A stretch of DNA of 64,000 bases from Candidatus Poribacteria bacterium (GTDB lineage: Bacteria > Poribacteria > WGA-4E > WGA-3G): NCBI GenBank assembly GCA_965215265.1, contig OZ244048.1:960001-1024000 (forward strand), given 5' to 3'. The position numbers were made by a program, and so were the translations under genes. Under the pieces are notes generated by a model, which worked only from the letters and a program-made list of their open reading frames with translations, had not been told where the DNA came from and made no database searches. This document shows, in pieces, positions 20,001 to 31,506 of the stretch. Each line of letters opens with the position of its first letter. Within the stretch, counting starts at the first letter, position 1.

Positions 20001-21671
20001 ATGAAACAAAAATTTGAAGAGGTTTCCATTATACCCTTGGGCGGTTTAGGCGAATTTGGGTTGAACATGATGGTATATGAAACTGAAACTGACTTGATTG
20101 TCATCGATACAGGTTTTATGCTACCAAATTCTGACATGCCCGGCGTAGATCTGATTTTTCCGGATATCAGTTACATCGTTAAACGGCAGGAAAAGGTGCG
20201 TGGGATTTTGCTAACGCACGGACACGAAGACCACATCGGCGCTTTGGCATACGTACTACAGCAGCTAGAGGTACCCGTTTATGGAACGCAATTGACACTG
20301 GCAATCGCAAGTGGACGCTTGCGAGAATACGGCGTATTCGCAAAAGCCCAACTCAACCCGATCGTGCCGGGGGATACGATAAACTTAGGCGCTTTTTCTG
20401 CTGAATTCATTCATGTTACACATAGCATACCCGATGCAGTTGCTATTGCACTCCGCACACCAGCGGGGGTTATCCTTCACACCGGGGATTTCAAATTTGA
20501 TGCAACACCCGTTGATGGAAAACTTACCGATATTCACACCTTGGCTCGCCTCGGGACGGAAGGCGTTCAACTCCTTATATCTGACAGCACCAACGCTAAC
20601 TGGCCAGGACAGACACCCTCCGAACGGAGCATCTATGATACGATAGACAACATCTTTCAGAAAACAGAGCAGCGACTGTTTTTGTGCACGTTTTCGTCGA
20701 GTATCCATCGCATCCAGCAATTCATCGATTTGGCAGCTAAACACCGGCGACTTGTCGCCGTTACCGGCCGTTCTCTCATCAACAACGTCCGGACCGCCTC
20801 TGAACTCGGTTACCTCGATGTTAATCCAGACTACCTGATCGATGCCCGCGATGCACAGATGTTCAAACCCCATGAACTAGTGATTCTATCTACGGGGAGC
20901 CAAGGCGAACCGCGCTCTGCGATGGCTTTGATGGCGCTTGACAATCACCCCTTTTTAAAGATTGAACCCAACGATACTGTTGTCATCTCCGCACGAATGA
21001 TTCCCGGCAATGAAAAGTCTATCGGACACGTCATCAACCATCTCCTAAAGCGCGGTGCCAAGATATTCCATCAACAGAATGCCGATGTACATGTCTCCGG
21101 ACACGGCGCAAGCGAAGATCTCAAATTGATGATTAACCTACTGCATCCCAAGTTTTTTATCCCGATGCACGGTGAGTATCAAAACCTCATACGGCACGCC
21201 GAACTTGCCGAATCCGTCGGAATCCCACACGAAAACATTAAGGTTGCTGAGGACGGCGAATTAATTAAACTCACACCTGAATCGTGTGAAGTGTTCGGGC
21301 GGAAAGGACGCTCAGGGCGCGTACTAGTCGATGGAAAGCCAGAAATCGAACTAGAAGACATCGTACTACGCGACCGGATTACACTTTCTCAAGATGGAAT
21401 GGTTATACCAATTATTGTCATGCACAGCGACGCAGGCGCACTCGCAACAGAACCTGAGATTGTCTCACGCGGGTTTGTCTACATGGACAAAGCCGAGGAA
21501 TTGATCGACGAGGCGAAGCAGATCGCACGCAACGTCATTGAAAATCTCAGTGACGAACAGAAAACGGAAACGGAAACCGTCCAAGATGAAATCCGTAGTG
21601 CACTACGCCGTTTTTTCGCGAAGCAGATGCAACGAAGTCCTTTAGTGCTTCCGGTGGTGATGCGGGTATAG
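20001..21671 (+). CDS. rnj: Ribonuclease J
   Basis: PLGGLGEFG, THGHEDHIG, HTGDFK, TGSQGEP, HVSGH. Confidence 0.96.
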   Translation: MKQKFEEVSIIPLGGLGEFGLNMMVYETETDLIVIDTGFMLPNSDMPGVDLIFPDISYIVKRQEKVRGILLTHGHEDHIGALAYVLQQLEVPVYGTQLTLAIASGRLREYGVFAKAQLNPIVPGDTINLGAFSAEFIHVTHSIPDAVAIALRTPAGVILHTGDFKFDATPVDGKLTDIHTLARLGTEGVQLLISDSTNANWPGQTPSERSIYDTIDNIFQKTEQRLFLCTFSSSIHRIQQFIDLAAKHRRLVAVTGRSLINNVRTASELGYLDVNPDYLIDARDAQMFKPHELVILSTGSQGEPRSAMALMALDNHPFLKIEPNDTVVISARMIPGNEKSIGHVINHLLKRGAKIFHQQNADVHVSGHGASEDLKLMINLLHPKFFIPMHGEYQNLIRHAELAESVGIPHENIKVAEDGELIKLTPESCEVFGRKGRSGRVLVDGKPEIELEDIVLRDRITLSQDGMVIPIIVMHSDAGALATEPEIVSRGFVYMDKAEELIDEAKQIARNVIENLSDEQKTETETVQDEIRSALRRFFAKQMQRSPLVLPVVMRV

Positions 21672-21706
21672 AACACATATTTTTTAGACACAACGAAAAA
21701 ATCACT

Positions 21707-21866
21707 ATGATAACAAAAACCAACTTTAAAAATCTGCTTCAAACGCTCGGCTTTAAGGCTGAAGGCAACATATTCCACAAATCAATTAATTGGTGAAGCC
21801 AACTTAAAAGTTGATTTCAACGCAAAAGAAATAATTTACCCCGAAGGGATTAAAGTATGCACTTGA
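21707..21866 (+). pseudogene. N-terminal remnant of a type IIG restriction-modification (N-6 DNA methylase) protein
   Basis: MITKTNFKNLLQTLGF..., then frameshift to ANLKVDFNAKEIIYPEGIKV; recalled resemblance to N-termini of CjeI-like enzymes. Confidence 0.4.
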
Positions 21867-22019
21867 GACTGTTTATGCAGAAATTCTAAGAATCCTATAA
21901 ATCCTGTTTTAATTTCTCTCGCATTCACAAAAGAGGACGTGTATAATAAAAGAGGCATCTCCGATAACCGTTACAAGTTGGCTCAGTACCGATGATACAC
22001 CGGGCAATCAAGCCTTCCT

Positions 22020-22341
22020 CCAGAATTATAGCGCGACTTTCGGCACGGAGCCAAACGCCTTTGCAACGATGTCATATACTGCCCTCTATATTCTATTCGA
22101 GGCAATTAGGGAGGTCAAATCAACAGATTCAACCGCGATTCGAGACACACCGGCAAATATCAGAGATTTTGACACAGTTCTAGGCAAGTTCGCTTTCGAT
22201 GCCAACGGAGACGCTATTTATGAACCGAAGGCACTCATAGTAAAAAATGGCACATTGCAACTTTTGGAGTCATCCTATCTGATCGCTTGTACGGGCGGGG
22301 CCCCGTGCCTACCCGCTATCTTGGCTGCCGCCCTATCATAG
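22020..22341 (+). pseudogene. C-terminal fragment of an ABC branched-chain amino acid substrate-binding protein
   Basis: SYTALYILFEAI...AIRD...FDTVLGKFAFDANGDA; no N-terminus present. Confidence 0.6.
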
Positions 22342-22387
22342 GCATAACATTAAACCGCTTTAATTTATTCAAAAGAGTAGAAAAAAG

Positions 22388-23791
22388 ATGAAAACGCAAA
22401 CGATATACGAAAAAATATGGGCCGCACACCTTGTCCGCGCCGCCTCAGGCGATGTTCCAATTCTTTATATTGACACGCACCTTGTCCACGAAGTCACCTC
22501 ACCCCAAGCGTTTGAAGGGTTGCGGCTTAATAACCGAACGGTACGCCGTCCAGACTTGACCTTCGCCACCATGGATCATAACGTACCCACAACGGACAGA
22601 AATTTGCCGATTAGAGACCAGATCGCAGCCAAACAGATGCAAACGTTGTCCCAAAATTGTGAAGAATTTGACATCCCGCTCTACGATATCAATAGCCCAG
22701 ATCAAGGAATTGTGCATGTCATTGGGCCCGAACTCGGTATCACGCAGCCCGGGAAAACCATTGTGTGTGGTGATAGTCACACCTCAACGCACGGTGCGTT
22801 GGGGGCCCTCGCGTTCGGCATCGGCACGAGCGAAATAGAGCACGTGTTGGCAACGCAGTGTCTATTGCAACACAAATCGGAAACGTTTGAAATTCGGATT
22901 AATGGAATGCTGCCCTACGGTGTCACAGCGAAAGACATTATCCTCTCCATCATTGGGCATATAGGCATAGATGGCGGCAACGGCGCAGTCGTTGAATACA
23001 CCGGTTCTGCCATCCGCGCGCTTAGTATCGAGGAGCGCATGACCGTTTGCAATATGTCTATTGAGGCAGGCGCACGGGCAGGCATGATAGCACCCGATGA
23101 TACGACTTACGAATATCTTGCCGGTAGACGTTTTGCACCCAAAGGAGCAGACTTCGATCAAGCCATCGAACGGTGGAAGCAACTTCCGACTGACGAAGGA
23201 GCAACCTATGACCGAACGCTGCAACTAGAAGCCGCAGACATCGCCCCACAGGTTACATGGGGAACAAACCCCGGCATGGTAACCGACGTGACCGGCTGTG
23301 TACCGGATCCCGCAGACATGGCCACAACCGACGAAAAACGTGCCGCCCAACACGCATTGGAATATATGGCACTTCAACCCGGCACTCCCATCAGTAACAT
23401 CCGTGTCGATAGAGTCTTCATCGGTAGCTGCACCAACTCTCGGATCAGCGATTTGCGTGCTGCCGCCGCCGTCGCAAAAGGAAGACACGTGGCGGACACT
23501 GTCAGTGCAATGGTTGTCCCCGGTTCACAAGCGGTTAAACGACAAGCCGAGGCAGAAGGACTTGATCGCATCTTCCAAGCTGCAGGGTTTGAGTGGCGTG
23601 AAGCCGGATGTAGTATGTGCCTCGGAATGAATCCAGATATACTTAGCCCCGGCCAGCGCTGTGCCAGTACATCCAACCGAAATTTTGAAGGACGGCAGGG
23701 CAAGGGCGGACGCACGCACCTTGTCAGCCCACAGATGGCAGCCGCTACAGCCATTGCTGGACATTTTGTTGACATTCGCAACTTCTCTTAG
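22388..23791 (+). CDS. leuC: 3-isopropylmalate dehydratase large subunit
   Basis: [45 protein letters not shown]. Confidence 0.98.
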   Translation: MKTQTIYEKIWAAHLVRAASGDVPILYIDTHLVHEVTSPQAFEGLRLNNRTVRRPDLTFATMDHNVPTTDRNLPIRDQIAAKQMQTLSQNCEEFDIPLYDINSPDQGIVHVIGPELGITQPGKTIVCGDSHTSTHGALGALAFGIGTSEIEHVLATQCLLQHKSETFEIRINGMLPYGVTAKDIILSIIGHIGIDGGNGAVVEYTGSAIRALSIEERMTVCNMSIEAGARAGMIAPDDTTYEYLAGRRFAPKGADFDQAIERWKQLPTDEGATYDRTLQLEAADIAPQVTWGTNPGMVTDVTGCVPDPADMATTDEKRAAQHALEYMALQPGTPISNIRVDRVFIGSCTNSRISDLRAAAAVAKGRHVADTVSAMVVPGSQAVKRQAEAEGLDRIFQAAGFEWREAGCSMCLGMNPDILSPGQRCASTSNRNFEGRQGKGGRTHLVSPQMAAATAIAGHFVDIRNFS

Positions 23792-23859
23792 TAACGAAAC
23801 GGAACCCAATAAACCCATTCTACCACTGTTCATCTTTATAGGAGAACCAATACAGAAAT

Positions 23860-24471
23860 ATGGAAGCATTCAAAGAACACGTCGGCCTAGTAGTCCCGCT
23901 TGACAGGATTAATATTGACACAGACCAGATTATACCCAAGCAATTTTTGAAACGGATTGAGCGGACAGGCTTTGGAGAATTTCTCTTTTACGATTGGCGT
24001 TACCTTGAAAATGGAGAGCCGGACCCCGCGTTTGTATTAAATTCCGCACGTTACAAAGGCGCGAGTATCCTGATTGCAGGCGCAAATTTCGGCTGCGGTA
24101 GCTCTCGTGAGCACGCACCATGGGCACTCCAACAGTACGGATTCAAGGCGATCCTCGCACCCTCTTTCGCAGACATCTTCCGGAACAATTGCTATAAGAA
24201 CGGCATCTTACCGATAGCTTTGCCTGCTGACGTTATTACCACTTTGAGCGAAGCCACACAGATGACCCAAGGATACCGACTGATGGTGGAACTGGCAGAA
24301 CAAGCCGTCATCTGTCCTGATGGGACAGCATACGCGTTTGAAATCGGTGGTTTTGAGAAGCACTGCCTACTCAACGGACTTGATGAAATCGGCTGGACGC
24401 TTCAGTTTGAAGCAGATATCACCGCATTCGAAAATGTGTCCTCCCCTATCCGGAGCAGTGAGGCACCGTAG
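23860..24471 (+). CDS. leuD: 3-isopropylmalate dehydratase small subunit
   Basis: [26 protein letters not shown]. Confidence 0.98.
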   Translation: MEAFKEHVGLVVPLDRINIDTDQIIPKQFLKRIERTGFGEFLFYDWRYLENGEPDPAFVLNSARYKGASILIAGANFGCGSSREHAPWALQQYGFKAILAPSFADIFRNNCYKNGILPIALPADVITTLSEATQMTQGYRLMVELAEQAVICPDGTAYAFEIGGFEKHCLLNGLDEIGWTLQFEADITAFENVSSPIRSSEAP

Positions 24472-24579
24472 GGAATTATTGTCCCAGCTCGCTCGCTGCA
24501 ATGAATGGGCGAACTTACATCACGTCGCATTTTTCAGCAGAAGAATACACAGCCCTTATTTTTCAGGCTATACTCTCTT

Positions 24580-26046
24580 TTATTCACCTGCTACTTCTTC
24601 TTTGTGCATAATCTCTTGTAGCCCGGTTGCAATCCGAAACGCAATCAGGCAGAGGCCAATTGTGATAGCAAATAGCCACCGATACCCGATGTACGGCGCG
24701 AGTATCCCACCTATCACAGGCGCGAAACTCACCGGTAAGAGGATCGTGTTCATAAACCCGATGTAACTTGGGCGACTGCGCGGCGGAGCTATATTCAGCA
24801 TATATGCCATGAAGCCTACCATCATCCCGTTCGCCAAAATACCACCAACCGTAAAAATTAGGAAATACGCAGGCACCTGTAACGCCGGCGGCAATACACC
24901 CGAACAAAAGGCAAGTGTCGGAGGAATTGCCATCAGCGCACCGGTGATAATCAGGAGCCACCGCACACCGTAGTTGTCACCGATATAGCCCCACAACGTA
25001 TTTGATACCACACCGCTTAACGCTGAACAGACGATGAAAAAACCGATGGTCGCCTCCGAAACGTTCAACTCATCAAGCGCATAAGGGATATAGAATGGCG
25101 AGGCCATCCCTGAAAAATGGCCCGCAACCCGGAACAGGATGAACCGCCGATAATTTCTATCCATGCGGAGGAAACCGAGCCCTTGCTTTAAATGTTGCCA
25201 CAGCGGCTGACGCACCGGTTGAACCGCATGAATCGGTTCACGCACCCCCAAAAAACTGATAAAGGAAAGGAACGCTGCACTCACCGAACAGATAAATAGA
25301 AACGCGTAATTATATGGAAACCCCAGATCTGTGTCAACGTGGCATATAGAACATATAACATACATCGTGAATGCTTTGAACTGCCCGGTAATCCAGCCCA
25401 GTACGCCTGTAAATTCTGCCTCATCCCCGAGCACCGCACGCACCAAAAAACCCACCCATATTGCAAAAAAACCACCGTACAGTTGTCGTAAACTAAAAAA
25501 ACGCGCACGACGATGCGGCGCTATCGACTTAGAAACGATGTCCATGTACGGCAACGTTGAAACGCCCATCGCCGAGGAAGATAAAAAATAGAAACCCAGA
25601 AAGCACGCCGCAAGAAGCATCGGATTCTGCTCGCCGATGAGGATAGTACAGAAGAAGACAGCCAGCCAAGCTAACACACGAATGCTCATGCCGAGCACAT
25701 AGAACGGCATTTTGCGCGGACGATGTTCCAGCAAATTTGACATCAGCAGCTGCGGCCACATCCACCCCGCCGTCATCATTGAACCCGTCAAACCCACGAG
25801 AACACCAGAACCGCTCAGCTTATGGATGAAAGCCGGAAGCACCGTTGATGAATCCGCAAAAGCCAGGTTGATGCGCATAAACGCACCTTGCAGCAACGCG
25901 AACCGGAAGTTTCGCTGCGCAAGCCGTTTTTGAACTATTTCACGCTGAATTGCACCCGACCGCTGCCCTGATTCAGGCCCAACTCTATATGTGTCACCCG
26001 CGGCTTCATCCTGAATCGGATCGAGATGCCCGCTTTTTTTAGGCAT
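24580..26046 (-). CDS. MFS-type transporter
   Basis: Multiple hydrophobic helices, WGYIGDNYG loop; RBS AGGAGG before ATG 26046. Confidence 0.8.
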   Translation of the reverse strand: MPKKSGHLDPIQDEAAGDTYRVGPESGQRSGAIQREIVQKRLAQRNFRFALLQGAFMRINLAFADSSTVLPAFIHKLSGSGVLVGLTGSMMTAGWMWPQLLMSNLLEHRPRKMPFYVLGMSIRVLAWLAVFFCTILIGEQNPMLLAACFLGFYFLSSSAMGVSTLPYMDIVSKSIAPHRRARFFSLRQLYGGFFAIWVGFLVRAVLGDEAEFTGVLGWITGQFKAFTMYVICSICHVDTDLGFPYNYAFLFICSVSAAFLSFISFLGVREPIHAVQPVRQPLWQHLKQGLGFLRMDRNYRRFILFRVAGHFSGMASPFYIPYALDELNVSEATIGFFIVCSALSGVVSNTLWGYIGDNYGVRWLLIITGALMAIPPTLAFCSGVLPPALQVPAYFLIFTVGGILANGMMVGFMAYMLNIAPPRSRPSYIGFMNTILLPVSFAPVIGGILAPYIGYRWLFAITIGLCLIAFRIATGLQEIMHKEEVAGE

Positions 26047-26441
26047 ATCTGTTTTGTCCCCTCCTATTTCGGCACAGAAGAACCAAAACGAGTTTGACGC
26101 AGTTGGGACAAGAAACTTCTTGCCGCCCAAACGCTATAAGCACATTCCATCTTGATTCCACCGTTTCTATTTTATAAAAAAATAAGACTTATCCTTTGAC
26201 GTGATTTTGACAATTAGGTTGAATGCAATTACCCAATCCCTTCCGCACTCACGGAGAATCAATCGCCCGACTCTCAACTGACACTCACTTTGCTAAAAAA
26301 CTAAAAATCTTTACAAATGGTGGATGTTGTGCTAAATTACTTCTATTCCGGGCATCCGGAATTGGCTAAAAAGATACTCTGGCATGGATGTTTCATGCCG
26401 AACCGTTGATAAGAAACGTGTAAAGATAGAAAGGAAAAGAT

Positions 26442-27395
26442 ATGGAACCTCTTCGGATTGGCTTCTTGGGTGCCGGCGGTTTTGCACGGCACACGATTTA
26501 CCCCGCACTGCATCTCGCGCCCGTCGCATTGCAAGCTATCTGCGATGCTGATGAAAATCGAGCCAAAGATGCCGCTGCCAAATTTGGCACCGGTCGTTAC
26601 TATACCGACCGGCATGAGATGTTTGAGAAAGAAGACCTGGAAGCAGTTATCATCTGCATGGGCCCGCAGCCGCGACAACCGCTTGTACTTGAAACGTTGG
26701 AGGCAGGCTACCATGTCTTCGTGCCTAAACCCCCAGCACCCTCGCTCGCAGAAACGCTTACGCTGGCAGAAGCCGCAGACAAACACCACAAAACATTGAT
26801 GGTGAACTTCCAACGCCGGTTTAGCCTCGGCGTACGAGGCGCACGAGAAATCATGCAGACCGAAGCCTTTGGCAAACTCACACAACTCTTCTGTTCTTTC
26901 TGTAGCGGGGCATACCCTACAGTCAAAAGTTACCTCCTCGATTTTGCAATACATCATTTTGATCTGGCACGTCACATTGCCGGCGCAGATGCCAAGGAGA
27001 TTAGCGTTTTCCACAACGAAGTCGATAGTCAAGGCGCATTCGCCGTCGCATTAGAATATACCAACGGCGCAGTCGGAAACTTACAATTAACCAGTCAACG
27101 TCTCTGGCGACGCAACTACGACCATATCGAGATTACAGGACAGCACCAATACATCGTTTTAGATGGATTATGGGGCATCCAGCATTTCACGGAATCCGGC
27201 AACACGTTTACCTCTAACTTCTCCGATGAACGCAACGGCGAACTTACCGGCGACGGTTTCAGTTTAACGGAATTTGTCAATGCAATTCGTGAAAACCGAG
27301 AACCGATAGCCAGCATCCGAGATTGCATCGGCACGATGCGCTTGTACGACGCTGTCTTGCAACGGAGAAAAGGAGTCATCTCGCTTGTTGATTAA
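26442..27395 (+). CDS. Gfo/Idh/MocA oxidoreductase
   Basis: RIGFLGAG, HVFVPKP, NFQRRF, DFAIHHFD. Confidence 0.88.
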   Translation: MEPLRIGFLGAGGFARHTIYPALHLAPVALQAICDADENRAKDAAAKFGTGRYYTDRHEMFEKEDLEAVIICMGPQPRQPLVLETLEAGYHVFVPKPPAPSLAETLTLAEAADKHHKTLMVNFQRRFSLGVRGAREIMQTEAFGKLTQLFCSFCSGAYPTVKSYLLDFAIHHFDLARHIAGADAKEISVFHNEVDSQGAFAVALEYTNGAVGNLQLTSQRLWRRNYDHIEITGQHQYIVLDGLWGIQHFTESGNTFTSNFSDERNGELTGDGFSLTEFVNAIRENREPIASIRDCIGTMRLYDAVLQRRKGVISLVD

Positions 27396-28839
27396 GCAAT
27401 TCTAAAACCTCGAGGCATGTCTTGCCATTAACTAATTGATGGTAGTAGCGAACGGCTTGCTGACTAAAATCTCTATTTTGGCTCAGCGGTCGCTGCGGGG
27501 CTGCCCCGGGGGCAGTCCAAAGTGTCAGGTCTGAGAAGATAGTCGTAAGTCGTCTTTCTACGTCGCTGTGACTAGCCCCAAAAGCCCCGTTCAAAATTTC
27601 CTGTATGGTTGGGTTCGCGTCGCGGATATCATATTCGGTGCCGGTATCAGTTATACCAATATAGGCATCACCTTTCCGAGCGTGCGGCGTAAGAAAACGG
27701 AGCACCGTTGCAAACGCATACGCGAAATCCATTTTGAACTGCTGAGTTGCCGAGGCATAGCTCGGCGACCGGACGATATCGGCCGCACGTTCGCGAAGTT
27801 TGACTGTCTCAATGATATTAATGCGTGCATTATCGTCCTTGACACGGCGGATGCGTTCAATAAACTCGCGTGTGTACGCGTATGCACTCTGCCCTGCGAT
27901 GGGGATGTCTGCTCCTACAATCTCAGCGTATCCGTCCATCAGACGTTCCAGATGCGGTGCGAATATCGGATGAACTGCTGCTTCATTGACATATTCAATG
28001 CCAGAGAGCATGCCTTTGTGCGTAATCCCCGGGACATGCACAGAATTGACGAGAAGCAATTTCCAATCGTGATACGGCTCTATGCTCTCTTCCGTGACAA
28101 TAACCCCTAAATCAGTGAGTGCACTGAACGGAACGCGGAGCATGTTGCCCGCATCTTCAAGAATAAACGATTTTGCAGGCAGCTTCTCTGCATAAGTTAT
28201 CAAATCATCCGGGACACCGATGCGCGAACGTGCCGCTGCCTTAATCGCGTCAGGCACCGCGTAGGTTTGCGGCACGAGCCGGTCGCCCATTTCATTGAGG
28301 AATCCGACTTTCGTTTGCAGCCAGTTAGAATAAGCACCGTTGCGTTCCGGATACTGACCGCAGAGGATTTCGCGGATGACATCTCCGTTGTTTCGGAGGT
28401 TATCCGTATTGATAACGCAGAGCGTTGCTTCTCCCCCATGCTGTGAGAAATAGCGATAGAGCGTTTCATCGAGGACATCCATGGCGAGTTCGCCCTTAGC
28501 AATTCCGGCCTCAGTCACACCGATGAGGATAAGATCCAGCGGATTTTGGGTTTGCGCATAGAATTGCTCGCGTCCGGACACGGTTGAGAGCGAGGCTGCA
28601 CCCACAACGCTCGAAACTTGACGGATGTCATGGATGCCCTCTAAGTCAGCTGTGACCACGTGATACACACCGCGTTGTCTATTGAAGGCCTCTGCCTTTT
28701 CAGTACCTCGCGGTTGCCCGACAAAAATGCCGCTATCGTAAAGATTACGCTGGTTGAGAATATGAACAAATTCGTGGGTTAAAGCACGTTGAAGTCCGCC
28801 CGCACCGATGGCAAGAATTTTGACCCGGCGTGTTTTCAT
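27376..28839 (-). CDS. Mannitol dehydrogenase family (tagaturonate/fructuronate reductase-like) protein
   Basis: IGAGGLQRA, TEAGI, DNLRNNG, NEMGDRLVP, KLLLVNSVH. Confidence 0.7.
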   Translation of the reverse strand: MKTRRVKILAIGAGGLQRALTHEFVHILNQRNLYDSGIFVGQPRGTEKAEAFNRQRGVYHVVTADLEGIHDIRQVSSVVGAASLSTVSGREQFYAQTQNPLDLILIGVTEAGIAKGELAMDVLDETLYRYFSQHGGEATLCVINTDNLRNNGDVIREILCGQYPERNGAYSNWLQTKVGFLNEMGDRLVPQTYAVPDAIKAAARSRIGVPDDLITYAEKLPAKSFILEDAGNMLRVPFSALTDLGVIVTEESIEPYHDWKLLLVNSVHVPGITHKGMLSGIEYVNEAAVHPIFAPHLERLMDGYAEIVGADIPIAGQSAYAYTREFIERIRRVKDDNARINIIETVKLRERAADIVRSPSYASATQQFKMDFAYAFATVLRFLTPHARKGDAYIGITDTGTEYDIRDANPTIQEILNGAFGASHSDVERRLTTIFSDLTLWTAPGAAPQRPLSQNRDFSQQAVRYYHQLVNGKTCLEVLELLNQQAR

Positions 28840-28886
28840 TTTTTATACCCTCACTCGGTTTGTCGTCCATGAATCGCAACGATTCC

Positions 28887-30050
28887 TCAGGGCCGTTCCG
28901 TTTTGGAAGTGATTTCGTCATAGTTTGCCAAATACGCATCAGCGATGTGTTTCCAATCGTAAGGTCTAACGCGTTCAACGCTGACTCTCCCCATCTCAAT
29001 GCGATGCTGCCCAGCATTGATGAGTTTCGCGAGACATTCCGCAAGACTCGCCACATCGCCCGGGGCAAACACTTCGCCGTTCACACCGCCCTTGACAAGC
29101 TCATCTATGCCTTGCACCCGGCTTGCCACAATTGGGAGCCCTGTTCCCATCGCTTCTAGGACAACAAGGGGCATCCCCTCCGCAAGCGAAGGCAGCACAA
29201 AGATGTCTGCGTTTCTATACTTTTGGGGCAATTCGGAATATTGAACCGAACCCGCAAAGGTAATGTAAGATGCTACGCCCAGGCCCTCGGCTAATCTTAC
29301 CAATTCCCGCTGATATGGCCCATCGCCCACAATTTCAATCTCAAATTTGTGTTGGGTGTTTTCAAGAATTTGCGGTACCGCACGAATCAGAAACTGAAAT
29401 CCTTTACGCGGAATGAGCCGCCCAATCGTTAGCACCCGCACGAGAGGAGGGCAGGCCTCTCGATGCACTGGGGCAAAACGTCCCAGATCCAAGCCGTCAG
29501 GAATAACCTGAATGTCGATGTCTGCATCGGTTTCACGTGCTAGTTCGCGCAAGCCTTCACTACAAGCCACGAGAACCGAGGCGTTGCCCCAAATTCCCCG
29601 GATAATAGGTTTCAGCAGGAGGTACAGCCACCGGTAATAGGGCGGATGCGGATTGCGACTCGGCACGTCGCGCCCACCTAAAAAAACACAATACGGCACC
29701 TTCCGAATCCTTTTCAGTAGATACGCACCGCCACCTGCAGGAATCCCGAAAAACACTTGCACAATATCCGGTCGAAACCGCTTAGCGAAGTTCAACCCGT
29801 AGACGCTCGAACTCACAGCATAAGTTAACATTTCGTGAACCGCACACACATTTGCGTTTTTCCGAAGTGCAGGTACACGATGCACGTCAAATCCCTCCAC
29901 ATTTTCATCACGCGGCAAGTCGCGGAATCGGGAAGTAATCAGGTGGACCTGATGCCCCGCAGCAGCGAAGTGTTTCCCTAAAAAATAACTCACCCATCCC
30001 CCACCGCCCCCAATTGGCGGGAATTCGTGATTGAACATCAGAATTTTCAT
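28887..30050 (-). CDS. Glycosyltransferase family 4
   Basis: FPPIGGG, GRLIPRKG, EGMPLVVLEAMG. Confidence 0.92.
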   Translation of the reverse strand: MKILMFNHEFPPIGGGGGWVSYFLGKHFAAAGHQVHLITSRFRDLPRDENVEGFDVHRVPALRKNANVCAVHEMLTYAVSSSVYGLNFAKRFRPDIVQVFFGIPAGGGAYLLKRIRKVPYCVFLGGRDVPSRNPHPPYYRWLYLLLKPIIRGIWGNASVLVACSEGLRELARETDADIDIQVIPDGLDLGRFAPVHREACPPLVRVLTIGRLIPRKGFQFLIRAVPQILENTQHKFEIEIVGDGPYQRELVRLAEGLGVASYITFAGSVQYSELPQKYRNADIFVLPSLAEGMPLVVLEAMGTGLPIVASRVQGIDELVKGGVNGEVFAPGDVASLAECLAKLINAGQHRIEMGRVSVERVRPYDWKHIADAYLANYDEITSKTERP

Positions 30051-30130
30051 ATTACCTTTTTTTGTCCATTAAAGCCCACTGCAAGGTCAGCTCCCTATCT
30101 CGCCAGAGGCGTTGGCGGTTCTGGCAGAAA

Positions 30131-31021
30131 CTAAAAATTAACCTTATCCTGAGCCATCTCAACAGCAAAACTGATGATTACCTCTGCAATGTCTATACCG
30201 GTAACAGATTCTAGCTCCTCAAAACCCGGCGACGGATTCACTTCAAGGATGACAGGTCCCCCCGCCGTTTGAAGCACATCTACGCCTGCGATTTCTAATT
30301 CTAGTGCGGCAGCTGCTTCAGTCGCTATACGACTGTACTCATCAGTGAGAGTGAATGCTTCGCCTGATGCCCCTCGATGGATATTTGCCCGGAACTCACC
30401 GGGCGGCGCGCTCCGTTTCATCGCCGCAATCGCTTGATGTCCCGCAACGAGGATACGGATATCCACGCCATCCGATTCTCGGATAAACGGCTGGATAATG
30501 TAATCTTGATGTAAGTCGCAGAGCGCATCCACTGTAGAGGCAAGTGACGTTTCGGTATCGATTAACATAACGCCTCTGCCGTGGGTACCGTAAAACGGTT
30601 TTAAAATAAACGGATAACCGCCAAGCTGCGTTACGGATACTTCTAAGAAGTTAGCAGAACCGACAGTAAGGCTGGGTGGGACAGGGAGGTTATGTTCCGC
30701 CAGTACTCGCAAGGAGCGAAATTTATGGCGGGCTGTGCCGATAGCGTCGGCCCCGTTAACGACTGGAATGCCCAGCCACTCAAAGTGCGCGACTACTTCC
30801 TCTCCATAGTTTGCCGTTGTACGGCTAAGGCGCGGGATAACCACATCAAAATCTTCAGCCGGATTGCCATCATAATACATGCGTTTACCGGGACCGCCGA
30901 TGTGAAGATAGAAACCGAACGGGTCGAGAACTTCAGCACGATGGCCAGCATTCTCGGCAGCTTCACAGAGACGGCGCGTTGAATGGTTTTGGGGACCTCG
31001 GGAGAGGATTGCAATTTTCAT
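30131..31021 (-). CDS. rimK: RimK-family ATP-grasp alpha-L-glutamate ligase
   Basis: MKIAILSR, HSTRRL, GEFRANIHRG, EVNPSPG. Confidence 0.85.
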   Translation of the reverse strand: MKIAILSRGPQNHSTRRLCEAAENAGHRAEVLDPFGFYLHIGGPGKRMYYDGNPAEDFDVVIPRLSRTTANYGEEVVAHFEWLGIPVVNGADAIGTARHKFRSLRVLAEHNLPVPPSLTVGSANFLEVSVTQLGGYPFILKPFYGTHGRGVMLIDTETSLASTVDALCDLHQDYIIQPFIRESDGVDIRILVAGHQAIAAMKRSAPPGEFRANIHRGASGEAFTLTDEYSRIATEAAAALELEIAGVDVLQTAGGPVILEVNPSPGFEELESVTGIDIAEVIISFAVEMAQDKVNF

Positions 31022-31293
31022 ACCTTCGGCGCAGCGTTAAATTCAAAAGCAAAAGAGAGTCGTTTGTAAAGTTGTTTTTTTTATAGAGTCTTTAAACGCC
31101 GTTGAGCATTTTAGACCTCTATATCCATCCGGAAATTTGGAAAACATTATACCATATTTTGCATCAAACGGCAAAAATTATTCGGAATAAGTCGTTTTCG
31201 GATTAAGAAGTTTAGATTTTTCATGTCATGCACTGCTTTGCGGAATCTACCATAGTTTAACCTAAATACAGGCTTTTTCGTTTTTTTTACCTG

Positions 31294-31326
31294 AAATTGT
31301 GACAAAATTGTGACAAAATTGTTGCA
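31294..31326. promoter_or_regulatory. Three 11-bp direct repeats (AAATTGTGACA x2, AAATTGTTGCA), candidate regulator site
   Basis: Located in the divergent rimK/sigma intergenic region. Confidence 0.45.
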
Positions 31327-31506
31327 TTTCTATGAATTTTTACATGCGTTCGACCCGGTCCGCCTTTATTTTACGTCTATATAGTATATCGGCGGGAGAT
31401 AAAAAACGGTGATTTCCTGTCGATTCGATAAACTTAATTAAGTGCGGTAGGAACGTTTACACCTTAATTTCCATGCCTTGATAACATCAATAGGGGGTGA
31501 GTAATA

